A stretch of 64,000 nucleotides of DNA, taken from the NCBI GenBank assembly GCA_963801605.1, contig CAWDFP010000006.1:1216001-1280000 (forward strand), given 5' to 3'. Source of the stretch: an uncultured candidate division Zixibacteria bacterium. GTDB taxonomy: Bacteria > Zixibacteria > MSB-5A5 > UBA10806. Below, piece by piece: positions 45,318 to 58,521 of the stretch. Position 1 is the stretch's first letter; every line of letters starts with the position of its first letter. The position numbers and the translations under genes were made by a program. The notes below the pieces were generated by a model. The model did not search any database. It was not told where the DNA came from and saw nothing but the letters and a program-made list of their open reading frames with translations.

Positions 45318-46412
45318 CTATTTCCGCGATTTGTACATCAAAACAAATCCGACCGAAAGAAAAACAATATCCCCGATAGAGGCCGCCAGAAGCGGTTGCA
45401 GTTTACCCGCGTTGCCAAAACTCTGCCCAATTCGGATGAGGACGAAAAATATAAATGAGATAATAATCGAAATACCAAATCCCACGGCCGGACCGGATCG
45501 TCGAGGATTGGCCGCTAAAGGAGCCCCGATAAGAACCAGGATAAAATTCGCCAGCGGAAATGTAAACTTTAAATACAGCTCCACTTGATCTTTATAAACC
45601 TCCTCGCCAAGCTGCCTCTTTTGCTTGATTCGTTTAACCAGATCAAAGTAGTTAATCTGTCTGGGAGGAATTGGTATCTCTGCCAGCATTTCAGGTGTCT
45701 GAGTAAGGAATGGCGCCGCCAGGGTATCGAATTTCTCGAATCGCACCGGTGGCCCGGCTGGGTCGGGCGAAAAGACCTGTCCCGTGCCCTTTATCAAAAT
45801 CCATCCGGAATTTGTATGCGCCAGCTTCTGGGCAGTGTAAGTTTCCATAATCCTGTTATCGATAATCCTGTGTATCTTTACTCCGGTCGCTGTCTGTTCA
45901 CCGATATTGTAAAGATCGCCGATAATAATCCATCCATTCTCGCCTGGCACTTTAATATCGTTCCTGGTCATTTTGGAAACGGGGGGCCGTTTTTCGATCT
46001 GATATTCCTGAATCTCGTCCTTCCGTCGTTCGGTGGCGGTTAAAACAAATTCGGCAAAAAACATTACCCCGATGGAAATCAATAGCCCCGCGATCAACAG
46101 CGGGTTAACGATTCTATAAAGGCTCAGCCCCGATGCTTTCATGACATCGAGTTCATGATTTTTGGCAAGCGATCCTGTCGAAAATAACGTTGAAACCAGC
46201 ATCGCTACCGGGAATGCCAGGATTATATAGAATGGAAGATAGTTTATATAATAAAGTGTAATTACTTTGACCGAAACATTGTAGCGTTCCATGATACGCC
46301 AGCCGCGTTCGACGAAATCGACCACAAATACAATTACAGTAAACGAAAATACTGTCCCGATTAAGGCAGTGAAAAACTTTTTTAGAATATATCTATCGAG
46401 AATATTAAGCAT
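45318..46412 (-). CDS. lptG: LPS export permease LptG-like
   Basis: ILDRYI, ELDVMKASGLS, 3+3 TM helices flanking a periplasmic domain. Confidence 0.85.
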   Translation of the reverse strand: MLNILDRYILKKFFTALIGTVFSFTVIVFVVDFVERGWRIMERYNVSVKVITLYYINYLPFYIILAFPVAMLVSTLFSTGSLAKNHELDVMKASGLSLYRIVNPLLIAGLLISIGVMFFAEFVLTATERRKDEIQEYQIEKRPPVSKMTRNDIKVPGENGWIIIGDLYNIGEQTATGVKIHRIIDNRIMETYTAQKLAHTNSGWILIKGTGQVFSPDPAGPPVRFEKFDTLAAPFLTQTPEMLAEIPIPPRQINYFDLVKRIKQKRQLGEEVYKDQVELYLKFTFPLANFILVLIGAPLAANPRRSGPAVGFGISIIISFIFFVLIRIGQSFGNAGKLQPLLAASIGDIVFLSVGFVLMYKSRK

Positions 46413-47788
46413 TATACATGCTCCGCTTTTGACCTGCGGAAAAGATCGCGGACCCTATCGAATATTGAAACCACGGTCGATTGGCGAATAAACATGATAG
46501 TTAAGATCACGCCCGCTCCGCCTATAATAAAATTGGGAAGCCACATTGCCCAAAACGCTGGAAGAACATCGATATCCGCAAGCTGTTCACCTCCGATTAA
46601 AAAGGCCCAATATACAATGAAGAATAAAAGCGAAAGTCCGATTCCCGTAGCGAACCCGCCTTTTCTGGCTAATGATCCCAGCGGCGCTCCGATCAACGCA
46701 AAGGCGATACAGGCCGCCGGAATCGAAAACTTCTTGTGTATTTCCACATCCAGCGAATTAATTTCCTGATCGTAACTCTGGGCGCTCTTTTCTAAAAACG
46801 CCAATTTGGCCGCGACTTCCTTATTGTCGTTTAGGACTCTATCTTCCGGTTTTGGAAGTAATGCCGCCAACTCGGGCTTTATATCCCTGGCCCGATATGC
46901 GTTCGATATCGTAGCGCTGATTATGCTGTCCGCTTGCGCCATGACTCCCTGTAACCTCAGCCTCCGCCCCCTGTTCTGTTCTATCATCATTCCGATGGTC
47001 ATTTCCCGATCGCCTCTGGTGCTTTCGGTTGTTCGTTGCATATCCGATGATGCACCAGGTATGGCTATGGTTTGTTTGACAAACTCGGTTCGGGTATATC
47101 CGCTGGGATTCTTGGGATCATAATCCAGCACCTCGCCGGATTCGAGCTCCAAAATCAAAGTCGTGCCGTCGGCTGAAAAAAACATCTTGCCGTGCTTGGC
47201 GGTAATCACCCGCTGGGAATTCGCTGATTCAATAATAACTATATCCGCAATTTCCGATGTCTGCCGTGATACCGTTTTTACCCGGATACTATAACCTTCA
47301 AAACGATCCAAAAAAATGTTTTCTTCGAGCGACCAGGTCGGCTTTTTTCGGGTTATATCGGTCAGGAGCATCCGGGCGCGATGATTCGATTCGGGCAGCA
47401 CCCGATCATTGAACAGTATCATCAGTACCGCTAATACAAAAGCCCCGCCTAACATCGGGACTAAGAGTCGTTTAAATGAGATACCGCAGGCCTTACAGGC
47501 GGTTATTTCGTTATCCGAAGATAACCGTCCAAATGCCATTAGCACCGCTACCAGAACTGCCATCGGAACCGCCAGGGCCAGCATCCACGCTAAATTGAGT
47601 GCAAAAAGCTCTATCACCGTGGCGATATCCAAGCCTTTGTCGATGATGAGATTCATGATATCCACCAAAAAATCCATAATCAACACCAGCGTGATTACTG
47701 CCAGGCCAAAGAAAAATGGCCCTATCGATTCTCGCAGTAGATATCGTGATAGAATCTTCATCCCGTCGATTATACGTGCCATGTCCAT
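46412..47788 (-). CDS. lptF: LPS export permease LptF-like
   Basis: ILSRYL, GRLSSDNEITACKACGIS, EIHKKFSIP, WLPN; likely start 47761. Confidence 0.85.
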   Translation of the reverse strand: MDMARIIDGMKILSRYLLRESIGPFFFGLAVITLVLIMDFLVDIMNLIIDKGLDIATVIELFALNLAWMLALAVPMAVLVAVLMAFGRLSSDNEITACKACGISFKRLLVPMLGGAFVLAVLMILFNDRVLPESNHRARMLLTDITRKKPTWSLEENIFLDRFEGYSIRVKTVSRQTSEIADIVIIESANSQRVITAKHGKMFFSADGTTLILELESGEVLDYDPKNPSGYTRTEFVKQTIAIPGASSDMQRTTESTRGDREMTIGMMIEQNRGRRLRLQGVMAQADSIISATISNAYRARDIKPELAALLPKPEDRVLNDNKEVAAKLAFLEKSAQSYDQEINSLDVEIHKKFSIPAACIAFALIGAPLGSLARKGGFATGIGLSLLFFIVYWAFLIGGEQLADIDVLPAFWAMWLPNFIIGGAGVILTIMFIRQSTVVSIFDRVRDLFRRSKAEHV

Positions 47789-47844
47789 TTATCTCAAGCA
47801 GTTTCTGCTTGACATAAGCGCCGCAATTCAAATATTGGTACCAC

Positions 47845-48790
47845 ATGAAGTCCATCTTTGTGATTGATCTATTGGCCGGTAATGCGGTTGACGAGCTTTT
47901 TGCCCTGCGAAAAGTCGAACTTAAGGAATATTCCAACGGCAGGATGATTGTCATCGAGGCGGGGGACCAAACCGGACGAATCAAAGGCGTCATCTGGTCG
48001 GGATCATCCGAGCTATATAAAAGCCTTGCTCCCGGCGAGGTTTACCGAATCAAAGGCACCGTCACCACCTACAAAGGGGAGACTCAGATCACGGTTGAGC
48101 GCATGGAACCTGAACAAAACTACGATCCCCGGGATTTTCTTCCATCGGGCCCCTTTACGCTTGAGGAACTTGAAACCAGGCTCTCTGCCGCTATCGATGG
48201 AATCTTAGATAACGATTACCGTTCGCTGGTTGGGATAATTTTCATAGATGAAAAACTTCGCCGCGGATTTCTTTCCGGAGTTGGAGGAAAACTCTGGCAT
48301 CATAATTATATCGGGGGATTGGCCGAGCACACTTTTGGGGTTCACGATCTTTGCTGCGATTTTGCCGCCAGATATAAGGAACTCGACGGAGACCTCATGG
48401 CTGCCGGTGCGCTTCTTCACGATATCGGCAAGGTGGAAAGCTATTCTCTTGAAAATTTTATCGATTACACTGACAGCGGCCGCCTTATCGGCCATATCGT
48501 TATTGGTGATGAAATCTTAAAATCCGCAATTTCGCGCCTTCCCGATTTCCCGGCCTCGAAAAGCCTGAAAATCAGGCATCTCGTCTTATCGCATCAGGGC
48601 TCTCCGGAGCAATCGTCTCCGGTGCCCCCGATGATTCCCGAGGGGGAGGCTCTTTATATAGCCGATCTGCTCGACAGCAAACTGGCCGCTTACAGGCGAA
48701 TTACTAATAAAGAAAAGCGCGCCGGGGTTAAATGGTCGGCATTTGTAAACCTTTTGGATAAGCACATATTTTTTGGAGATGACAAAGCAG

Positions 48791-48798
<8 letters not shown>
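47845..48798 (+). CDS. yhaM: 3'-5' exoribonuclease YhaM-like (OB fold + HD domain)
   Basis: D.TG.I..V.W OB fold, HHNYIGGLAEHT, LLHDIGK, SHQG. Confidence 0.85.
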
Positions 48799-50502
<1,704 letters not shown>

Positions 50503-50525
50503 CACTAAATAATTTTCATAATGCA

Positions 50526-50644
50526 GTTGCGTCAGGTCTTAGGCTTCCGAGACCTGACGCCTTTATATGTCTAATTGCGAGGAATCCGGTTTTTTTATGC
50601 CTCAGGATGGAAGGATTCCGACATCCTGAGGCCGTTGTAACGGC
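50526..50644. repeat. Pair of REP-like palindromes after tgt
   Basis: GCGTCAGGTCT...AGACCTGACGC (50529-50560) and GCCTCAGGATG...CATCCTGAGGC (50599-50632). Confidence 0.65.
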
Positions 50645-50774
50645 AATCGACCCTAATTTTCTTGAATTTAGCGCAAAATTCATTGACGAAATTCGCCAAT
50701 TATGCTAAATAATGCCGCGTGAAAAATGACGATACGTTAGGATATGCGTTGGGGCTTACCCCGATCAATATAAA

Positions 50775-52277
50775 ATGAATCTTCCCAAAAGCTACGCTAA
50801 CAGAAGCCAGACCCTTCAGGCTCGCGTTCTCAGGCGATTAATTTATCTGTTACTTTTCCTCTGCATCTTGGTGGGAATTCTGGTTTTCGCACCCCAGGTG
50901 TTGGCAGATGAACTTGATAATATCAAATTAGCCGGAGTGATGCGCGTTGGGACCGATGCCACCTATCCGCCTTTTGAATATGCCGATGATAAAACGCGGG
51001 AGATTATCGGTTTCGATATCGACCTCATGAAAGCGCTCAGCGAACGATTGGGGGTCAAACCGGAGTTTGTCGTGGTTCCTTTCGATGCGATCATCTCCGG
51101 ACTCAACTCCGGAAAATATGATTGCGTCATCTCCTCGATGACGATAACGCCTGAGCGGTCTCAGGCGATTCTTTTTAGTGAGCCATACTATGATGCCGGC
51201 CAATCTATCGCCGTTAACGCTGATAACCAAACCATTAGATCATTTGACGATCTTGCTGGTAAGCGGATCGGCGCCCAACTCGGCACCACGGGGGAGATGC
51301 TTGCCAAAAAAATCCCCAATGCCGTCGTTCGCTCCTTTGATAATATCGGCGAGGCTTTCCGCGACATGGCCAATGGAAATCTTGACGCCATCGTTAATGA
51401 TAAACCCGTTTCGCAACGCATTATTATGGCCCGCGGCAAAGCCAAGCTTGTGGGACCTGTTCTTTCTACCGAGCATTACGGTATTGCAATGCGTAAGGGC
51501 GAGGATCGTTTCAAACGCGCTATCGATAACGCTCTCTCCGAGCTTCGGGTGAGCGGCGATTACGCCAGGATAAATGAAAAATGGTTCGGGGCGCCGATTG
51601 CCCTGCAAACCGGCCAATCGTTTTTTCCCATGCTCTGGTCAATCTTGAAATATCTGGCCCCCGCAGTGCCGATGACGATCTTAATCACGCTTTGCTCATT
51701 TCTCCTGGCAGTCATTTTGGGTATCATTGCCGCTTTGGGACGAATCGCTCGTAGCCGAATCGCAGTCAATATCGCCAAAATATATTCTGATGTTATTCGA
51801 GGCGTGCCTCTTATCGTGCAGATATTCTTCATCTATTTTGGTTTGGGCTCGATCTTTCATCTTGGTGAATTCTGGGCCGGCGTGGCTGCCATCGGATTAT
51901 GTTACGGAGCTTACCTCGCCGAGATTTTTCGCGCCGGTATCCAGGCTATTCCTCGAGGACAATCCGAGGCGGCGCTTTCGTTGGGCATGAGCCGTGCGCA
52001 AGTGGATCGCTTTGTAATCCTGCCTCAGGCTATCCGATTGGTGATTCCGCCCGTATCGAATGAATTCATCGCCTGCCTTAAAGATTCATCGCTGGTTTCA
52101 ATTATTGGATTGCGCGAACTGACCCGCGCCGGACGGGAATACCTTTCCTGGTCTTATGTCGATTTCGCAACCTGGCTAATGGTCGGATTACTTTATCTGA
52201 TTATGACTCTTGCTCTGGCGCGTTTCTCGCGAGTGCTGGAAAGCCGTTATAAAATCCCTGGACTGGGGACTCATTAG
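50775..52277 (+). CDS. Polar amino-acid ABC transporter, fused substrate-binding protein + permease
   Basis: SBP family 3 (YPPFE, GFDIDL, ITPER) followed by a HisM-type permease ([22 protein letters not shown]). Confidence 0.92.
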   Translation: MNLPKSYANRSQTLQARVLRRLIYLLLFLCILVGILVFAPQVLADELDNIKLAGVMRVGTDATYPPFEYADDKTREIIGFDIDLMKALSERLGVKPEFVVVPFDAIISGLNSGKYDCVISSMTITPERSQAILFSEPYYDAGQSIAVNADNQTIRSFDDLAGKRIGAQLGTTGEMLAKKIPNAVVRSFDNIGEAFRDMANGNLDAIVNDKPVSQRIIMARGKAKLVGPVLSTEHYGIAMRKGEDRFKRAIDNALSELRVSGDYARINEKWFGAPIALQTGQSFFPMLWSILKYLAPAVPMTILITLCSFLLAVILGIIAALGRIARSRIAVNIAKIYSDVIRGVPLIVQIFFIYFGLGSIFHLGEFWAGVAAIGLCYGAYLAEIFRAGIQAIPRGQSEAALSLGMSRAQVDRFVILPQAIRLVIPPVSNEFIACLKDSSLVSIIGLRELTRAGREYLSWSYVDFATWLMVGLLYLIMTLALARFSRVLESRYKIPGLGTH

Positions 52278-52279
52278 CG

Positions 52280-53011
52280 ATGCCCATAGTCTCGATAAAA
52301 AATATCAGCAAAAGCTTCGGCGCCACCAAAGCAGTCGATGATGTCTCCTTTGATGTCGAGAAGGGGGAGGTAATTGTCTTAATCGGACCATCGGGCTCCG
52401 GCAAATCAACTTTCCTGCGCTGTATTAACGCCCTGGAACGGATTGACAGCGGCCATATAATTATCGAAAACGAAATTCTCGATAGCGCCGGCAAAAATAT
52501 TCATGATGTTCGGCTGGAAGTGGGCATGGTTTTCCAGCAGTTCGATTTATTCATGCATCTGACGGTGCTTGATAATCTGATGCTTGCCCAACGCGTGGTG
52601 CGCAAACGGTCCCGCGATGAAGCCGAAAAGATCGCCCGGGAATATTTGGCTAAAGTTGGTTTATCAGATAAAGCCGATTCATATCCGGCCTACCTTTCAG
52701 GCGGTCAGAAGCAACGCGCCGCAATTGCCCGGGCCCTTTGCATGAATCCCAAAATTATGCTCTTCGATGAACCAACCTCGGCTCTTGACCCGGAGATGAT
52801 AGGAGAGGTCCTCGATGTTATGAAAAATTTGGCGCTTGGCGGCATGACCATGATCGTTGTGACCCACGAGATCGGTTTTGCCCGCGAGGTCGCGGACCGA
52901 GTTGTCTTTTTTGAATCAGGTCAAATCCTGGAATCAGGGCCGACCAGCGATATCCTCGATTCAGCTAAACATCAGCGTACCAAAGACTTCCTTTCGAAAG
53001 TCCTCAAATAA
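52280..53011 (+). CDS. Polar amino-acid ABC transporter ATP-binding protein (GlnQ-like)
   Basis: [32 protein letters not shown]. Confidence 0.93.
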   Translation: MPIVSIKNISKSFGATKAVDDVSFDVEKGEVIVLIGPSGSGKSTFLRCINALERIDSGHIIIENEILDSAGKNIHDVRLEVGMVFQQFDLFMHLTVLDNLMLAQRVVRKRSRDEAEKIAREYLAKVGLSDKADSYPAYLSGGQKQRAAIARALCMNPKIMLFDEPTSALDPEMIGEVLDVMKNLALGGMTMIVVTHEIGFAREVADRVVFFESGQILESGPTSDILDSAKHQRTKDFLSKVLK

Positions 53012-53072
53012 TCCGGTATCAAGTTTCATTCCAGTCATTTTAATATTATAAACTCTTGGCTTTGCATTTTGT

Positions 53073-53090
53073 TTGTGATTTTTTTCGCAA
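53073..53090. promoter_or_regulatory. Rex/CRP-like box
   Basis: TTGTGA-N6-TCGCAA, one mismatch to TTGTGA-N6-TCACAA. Confidence 0.4.
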
Positions 53091-53263
53091 CAAAACCTAT
53101 ATTATCTTAGTTCAATACTTTCGAGATGCAAAACAAGCGCCGGTTCATCCGGTTTGAGTTCATTCCGATTTGAGGGAAATTAATTTTTTAATCTAAAATC
53201 AAAGCCGTTAATTTAAGTGTTAATAAAAATAGTAATATTTACTTAAAATGTTTGATTAATCTC

Positions 53264-53306
53264 TTGACACTATGAAATAGCCGGAGTATTATGACAAAAG
53301 TCATAA
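53264..53306 (+). promoter_or_regulatory. Sigma-70 promoter with overlapping palindromic operator
   Basis: TTGACA-17 nt-TATTAT; perfect palindrome TTATGAC-AAAA-GTCATAA at 53289-53306. Confidence 0.65.
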
Positions 53307-53339
53307 AAAACGCATGCATTTCACTGAGGAGGTAGTTAA

Positions 53340-53939
53340 ATGAAGAAAATTGCAGTATTACTAATGTCAATTGCCATGCTGATGCTTGTACTATCGGCCG
53401 TATCAATCGCCCAGGAGAAGGCCGCCCCGCCCGCCAAGGTTGTCCACAAATTTGTCGGAGCTGCCAAGTGCAAGATGTGCCATAATTCACCAGCTAAAGG
53501 CGATCAGTTCAAAATTTGGAGCGAGTCCAAACACGCCAAGGCTTTCGAAGTCTTAGCCACTCCCGAAGCCGATTCAGTCGGTAAAGCGCTCGGAGTTGAA
53601 AAGCCCCAGTTGAGCGACAAGTGCCTGGGCTGCCACCTGACCGGTTATGCCGCCGCTGCCGATGCTAAAGCCGCTACCTATAGCGCCACCGAAGGCGTTG
53701 GTTGCGAGGCTTGCCACGGCGCTGGTTCTGACTATATGCCTATGGGCGTCATGAAAGACAAAAAGGCAGCTATTGCAGCCGGCCTGGTTATTCCTGATGA
53801 GAAGACCTGCGTTACCTGTCACAATGATAAAAGCCCGACTTACAAGACATTCGTGATGGCGGATTTTGTAAAGAAAATCGCGCATCCGATTCCCAAGGCT
53901 AAGACAGAAGAGCCTGCCGGGAAAGCTACAACCAAGTAG
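53340..53939 (+). CDS. Periplasmic tetraheme c-type cytochrome (c554-like)
   Basis: Signal peptide; four CxxCH motifs (CKMCH, CLGCH, CEACH, CVTCH); W..S.HA and EGVGC; RBS GAGGAGG. Confidence 0.9.
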   Translation: MKKIAVLLMSIAMLMLVLSAVSIAQEKAAPPAKVVHKFVGAAKCKMCHNSPAKGDQFKIWSESKHAKAFEVLATPEADSVGKALGVEKPQLSDKCLGCHLTGYAAAADAKAATYSATEGVGCEACHGAGSDYMPMGVMKDKKAAIAAGLVIPDEKTCVTCHNDKSPTYKTFVMADFVKKIAHPIPKAKTEEPAGKATTK

Positions 53940-53961
53940 CAAATTTCTCCTGGTAAAAATT

Positions 53962-53992
53962 AAGGGAGGTCTCTATTCGGGACCTCCCTTTT
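53962..53992. terminator. Bidirectional intrinsic terminator
   Basis: AAGGGAGGTC...GACCTCCCTT flanked by A/T runs between convergent genes. Confidence 0.75.
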
Positions 53993-54011
53993 AATTGTAT
54001 ATCAAATTTTC

Positions 54012-54293
54012 TTAGTCTAAGAATTTTAAATTGTCCTTAATCTTATTTTTCAGAAACTGTGGAGCTTTTTGATCAAAGCAGCTTTCCTGAATTAAGGATT
54101 TGATCTTTTTCTCGAAATCAAAATGATCGCAGCAGCTTTTGCAAATTTCCAAATGACGATCTAACTGCGCAACGGTTTCTTTATCCAGTTCCTTATCGAT
54201 ATATTCATATAACTTTTTTACCGCTTCTTCGCACGTCATTTCATAATTCCTTTCCATGTCGCTCGTGCTCAAACTGCTGCCAGGGGACATCAA
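54012..54293 (-). CDS. Zinc-binding anti-sigma factor (ZAS, RsrA/RshA-like)
   Basis: MTCEE...LYEYID.EL...HLEICKSC (HxxxCxxC); likely start 54239. Confidence 0.88.
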   Translation of the reverse strand: MMSPGSSLSTSDMERNYEMTCEEAVKKLYEYIDKELDKETVAQLDRHLEICKSCCDHFDFEKKIKSLIQESCFDQKAPQFLKNKIKDNLKFLD

Positions 54294-54656
54294 ATCCTTT
54301 ACGATTTACCCCCCAAAGGCCGCCAATTTCCAAAATTATCGCAGGACCAGAATATTGTTATCAACTTATTGCCTGCATCATACTTAACAACCATACCGCT
54401 CCCAAATGTTCCGGCGCGACTCATAATTGTCAAAATCTCCTTCTAATCATCACACTCAATGTTTATATCGGTCTGATGTGCTTCCGAATTATATTCCTTC
54501 ACTGTTTTTATTCTGATTTAACATAGCGCTTATCAGTCCATGATGCCTTGTTTGCGGGATTAATCGCTTTTCGCTATTGGAAAGAAGAATCATTTTCCCT
54601 TAAGATTTTTGATAATTAATAATGCGAATTTCCGATTTTCGCCCCCGGCGTTACTG

Positions 54657-55268
54657 TTATCCTTTCACTATGCCGCGCTGCCTGGCGAAATCCCATAATT
54701 GCTTCTGAAGTATTTTTCGTCCTCTAAAGATTCGCGATTTGACAGTCCCCACGCTGATTCCCAGGATCTCCGAAATTTCCTGGTAGCTGAATCCTTCAAC
54801 GTCGGATAATAGTACAGCCATGCGGAACTGATCAGGAACGCTTTCGAGCGCCTTGATTATATCGTCGGAAACATAATCCTTAAGGACCGTGGTCATGGCC
54901 TCCGCCCCCTGCGCTTCCGATTTATCGGCGGCGGTAATCTCTTTGACCATTTCGTCGGCTAAGCAAAAATTTTCCACAGCCTCGAAATCAACCATATTCG
55001 GTTCCGCTTTTTTCTTGCGATACCTGGTTCTGAAAGTATTGGTCAGAATAGTTAAAATCCAGGCGCGGGCGTTGGTGCCGCGTTCAAAACGATGGAAGAA
55101 TCGAAAGGCTTTAAGATAACTCTCCTGGACTAAGTCTTCAGCATCTTTTTCGTTACGAGTCATACGGAGAGCGATGCTGTAAAGGTTGTCGAGGAGGGGT
55201 AGAAATAATTCTTCGAACTCTCGTTTTTTTACTTGATCTGTTTTGTTTTCTGTCATAGAATTATCCAC
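54657..55268 (-). CDS. ECF sigma-70 factor (SigR/SigH-like)
   Basis: DAEDLVQE, GTNARAW, SYQEISEILGISVGTVKSRIFRGR; GTG start after a GGGGG RBS. Confidence 0.9.
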   Translation of the reverse strand: MDNSMTENKTDQVKKREFEELFLPLLDNLYSIALRMTRNEKDAEDLVQESYLKAFRFFHRFERGTNARAWILTILTNTFRTRYRKKKAEPNMVDFEAVENFCLADEMVKEITAADKSEAQGAEAMTTVLKDYVSDDIIKALESVPDQFRMAVLLSDVEGFSYQEISEILGISVGTVKSRIFRGRKILQKQLWDFARQRGIVKG

Positions 55269-55341
55269 GATGTATTCCCCCTTCGAACCAATTCTAAATG
55301 TATGCGAAAGTTTTGTCAAGCCTAAATATCCGGTGAATGCA

Positions 55342-57020
55342 ATGATTAAATTTAATCATGTTTCGATTTCATTTCTAATGCTGCTTACATTCCTTATAAC
55401 CATTGCCTCTGTTTTCTCCGTTATACGCTCAATCCGGCGATACGGGAGAAGAATCCTACTGGATTTTCTTTACTCAAAAAAATTCATTTATCCCGGTGGA
55501 AATACCGCAACAGACTATGGATCGAAGGTTTATGCGCGCAGGATTGACAATCAGGAGCTGGTTCGATCTGCCTGTGGATGAAGCCTTTATCAATAATATC
55601 AGTTCGCGCGGCGGACATGTGAAAACTGTTTCACGATGGCTCAACGCCGTCAGCGTTAAAGCTGATCAGGAGGCGCTATCGCAAATCAGCGGCCTTTCGT
55701 ATGTTTCTAGAATTACTCGTGTAGCGGTATCCTCCAGGCCTCTTCCTCAATTTACTGAGGCAGCCTATTTTCCTGAAATTTCCATGATAACCGCATTCGA
55801 TTATGGCCCCTCATTCAAACAAATTTCTATGCTGGCGATAGATTCTCTGCATAATTCCGGCCTATCAGGCCACAATGTTAAAATCGGAATTATGGATACC
55901 GGCTTTGATACTACTCACGAAGCTTTTACTCAGATGGCCGCCGAACACCGTATTATTGCCACCCGAAATTTCCTGAGCGGTGGCGATGATGTCATGGGAA
56001 GCCCCACTGATATCCAAAGATCGCATGGTACCGCCGTGCTTTCGGTAATCGGAGGGTTTCATGAAGGAAATATTATCGGCCCCGCTTATGGCGCCGATTA
56101 TGTTTTGGCCAAAACGGAGTCGGTGAGCGTTGAAATGCGATTCGAAGAAGATGATTGGGTTGCCGCCTCTGAGTGGATGGAATCATTGGGAGTCGATATC
56201 ATTTCGTCATCCGTTGGTTATATCGATTGGTATGACACCACACAGCTTGATGGTCAAACTGCGATTATTACCCAGGCCGCCAATATTGCAAATCAGTTGG
56301 GAGTGGTTGTTGTCAATGCCGCTGGTAACGAGGGCAGCAATATCCGTTGGAGAAAGGTCACCCCGCCTGCCGATGGTGATTCCGTGATCGCTGCCGGTGC
56401 GGTTGATACCTCGGGCCTGGTGGCCGGCTTCTCCTCGCGCGGCCCTACCGCCGATGGCCGTATTAAGCCCGATGTCTGTGCGCTGGGAGTGAATGATTAC
56501 TTGGCTATCAGCAGCACCGACGGATATGGTCTATCTTCCGGTACTTCATACGCGGCCCCTTTGATAGCCGGAGGCATTGCGCTTCTGCTTGAGGGTCATC
56601 CCCAGTGGAGACTTGCCGATATCATTTCAAACCTCAAACAGGCATCATCTAATGCCGATGAGCCCAATAACGCCATGGGCTGGGGTTATCCCAATTTCGT
56701 TTCCGCTTATTTTGGATTGCCATTTCATCCACCGTCAGAAGTTCCGGAAGTTCTTACTTATTTTACCTCAACCGGCTCGCGATTCGGTGATCTTTAAAAT
56801 TATATTTGCCAATCCTGGTTCGGCAGTGCTTTCCGTCCATGACCTTTCAGGAGCCAAGGTGCAGGAATGGAGTATTACCGCTACTGAACCGTCAATCGTC
56901 ACCCAGGTTTGGGATGGGAAAAACCTTTCGCATGATAAAATCGCCTCCGGTATTTATATCTGCGTCCTGAAGCTCGGCGATACCGAATATCGTCAAAAGC
57001 TGGCTTATTTTTCTAGATAA
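55342..57020 (+). CDS. Secreted S8 (subtilisin-like) serine protease with FlgD-like CTD; apparent +1 frameshifts near 55412 and 56755
   Basis: Catalytic D (MDTG), H (HGT), N (AAGN) and S (GTSYAAP); the signal peptide and the WDGKN...ASGIY tail lie in adjacent frames. Confidence 0.88.
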
Positions 57021-57049
57021 TATTAATTGTGTTAGTTAATGTCGGATTG

Positions 57050-57075
57050 GTAGCCGGGGACCCTCGCGGTCCCCG
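57050..57075 (+). repeat. GTAG-headed REP-like palindrome
   Basis: GTAGCCGGGGACCCTCGCGGTCCCCG, same family as 39095 and 62000. Confidence 0.7.
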
Positions 57076-57095
57076 TTTATTTTTAATAATCCGGT

Positions 57096-58308
57096 TTATA
57101 TCACTCCGTATTTTTTACCCACTCTCCTGAAGGCTTCAATCGCCATATCAAGTTGCTCTGTTGTATGAGCTGCGGAAATTTGCACCCTGATCCGCGATTG
57201 CCCCTTCGGTACCACCGGATACGAGAACCCGATCACATAAATGCCTTCAGCTAACATATCGCGTGCAAAATCCTGTGCCAGTTTGGCGTCATTAGGGAAT
57301 CGTCCAAACAAAATTGGCACTATGGGATGAATACCCGGCTTTATCTCAAACCCGGCGTTAGAAATCTCTTTACGGAAATATTGAGTGTTACGTTCCAGGC
57401 GGTCGCGAAGCTCGGTGCTTTCCCAGAGCATATTGATTGCCTCGATTCCGGCGGCTACTATCATTGGCGGCATCGTATTGGAAAACAGATACGGCCGGGC
57501 TTTTTGACGAAGCATATCTATTATCTCTTTACGACCGGATACACAACCGCCGCTGGCTCCGCCCAACGCCTTACCAAGAGTAGTGGTAATAATATCGATC
57601 TTGCCCATTACACCGCAATGCTCGATACTTCCGCGACCGGTACGCCCCATAAAACCGGTGGCGTGGGAATCATCTACCATTGTTAATGCCCCGTGCCGTT
57701 TTGCTATTTCTACGATTTGATCCAGCTTGGCAATATCGCCATCCATTGAAAAAACGCCATCGGTGGCGATCAGCTTAATCTTGGCCCCGCCTTTTTCGGC
57801 TTCCTCAAGCTGCAGTTCAAGGTCTTTCATGTCGCTATGCTCGTAGCGGAAGCGTTCGGCTTTGCAGAGCCTGATGCCATCTATAATCGAGGCGTGATTG
57901 AGTGCATCCGAGATAATCGCATCCTGACCGCTGAGGATAGCCTCGAATAATCCTCCATTAGCGTCAAAACAGGATGAAAACAGGATCGTGTCGGCCGTGC
58001 CCAGAAATTCGCTGATCGTATCCTCGAGCTTTTTATGCAGGTCCTGCGTTCCGCAAATGAACCTTACCGATGACAACCCAAAACCATGCGTATCGAGCGC
58101 CCGCTTGGCAGCCGTCTATTAACCTGGGATGATTGCCTAACCCCAGGTAGTTGTTGGCGCACATATTGATAACCTCGCGGCCCGGCGCCACCGTTATTTT
58201 GGCTCCTTGCGGGCTGGTGATTACCCGTTCCTCTTTGAACAAACCTTGATTCCTGATGTCATTCAAAGTGGTGCTTAAATTATCGAGTTTTACAGTATCC
58301 ATATCCAA
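57096..58308 (-). CDS. kbl: 2-amino-3-ketobutyrate CoA ligase (canonical); apparent +1 frameshift near 58112
   Basis: [59 protein letters not shown]. Confidence 0.9.
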
Positions 58309-58445
58309 ATCCTAATCCTCCAAAATTCGCCAATTAGCCTAATTACGTCCCAAAACTCAAGTAGATTCGCTAAACTTTGTGATTATTCCTTTTGTCTTGA
58401 TAAACCCTTTCCGGGAAACGTTATGTTTCCGGCGGCTTTACCGTC

Positions 58446-58474
58446 TTGACATTTCACCCCATTCGCTGTAGAAT
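58446..58474 (+). promoter_or_regulatory. Sigma-70 promoter of tldD operon
   Basis: TTGACA-17 nt-TAGAAT. Confidence 0.7.
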
Positions 58475-58521
58475 CTTCGCAGTTTATTCTTTTATGAGAT
58501 TTAATTTAGAAAGGAGCGTCG

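Noticed and set aside
54516..54545. Second dif-like arm (CTATGTTAAAT on the minus strand)
   Set aside because: No XerC arm at the required 6-8 bp spacing; likely a chance match in AT-rich DNA
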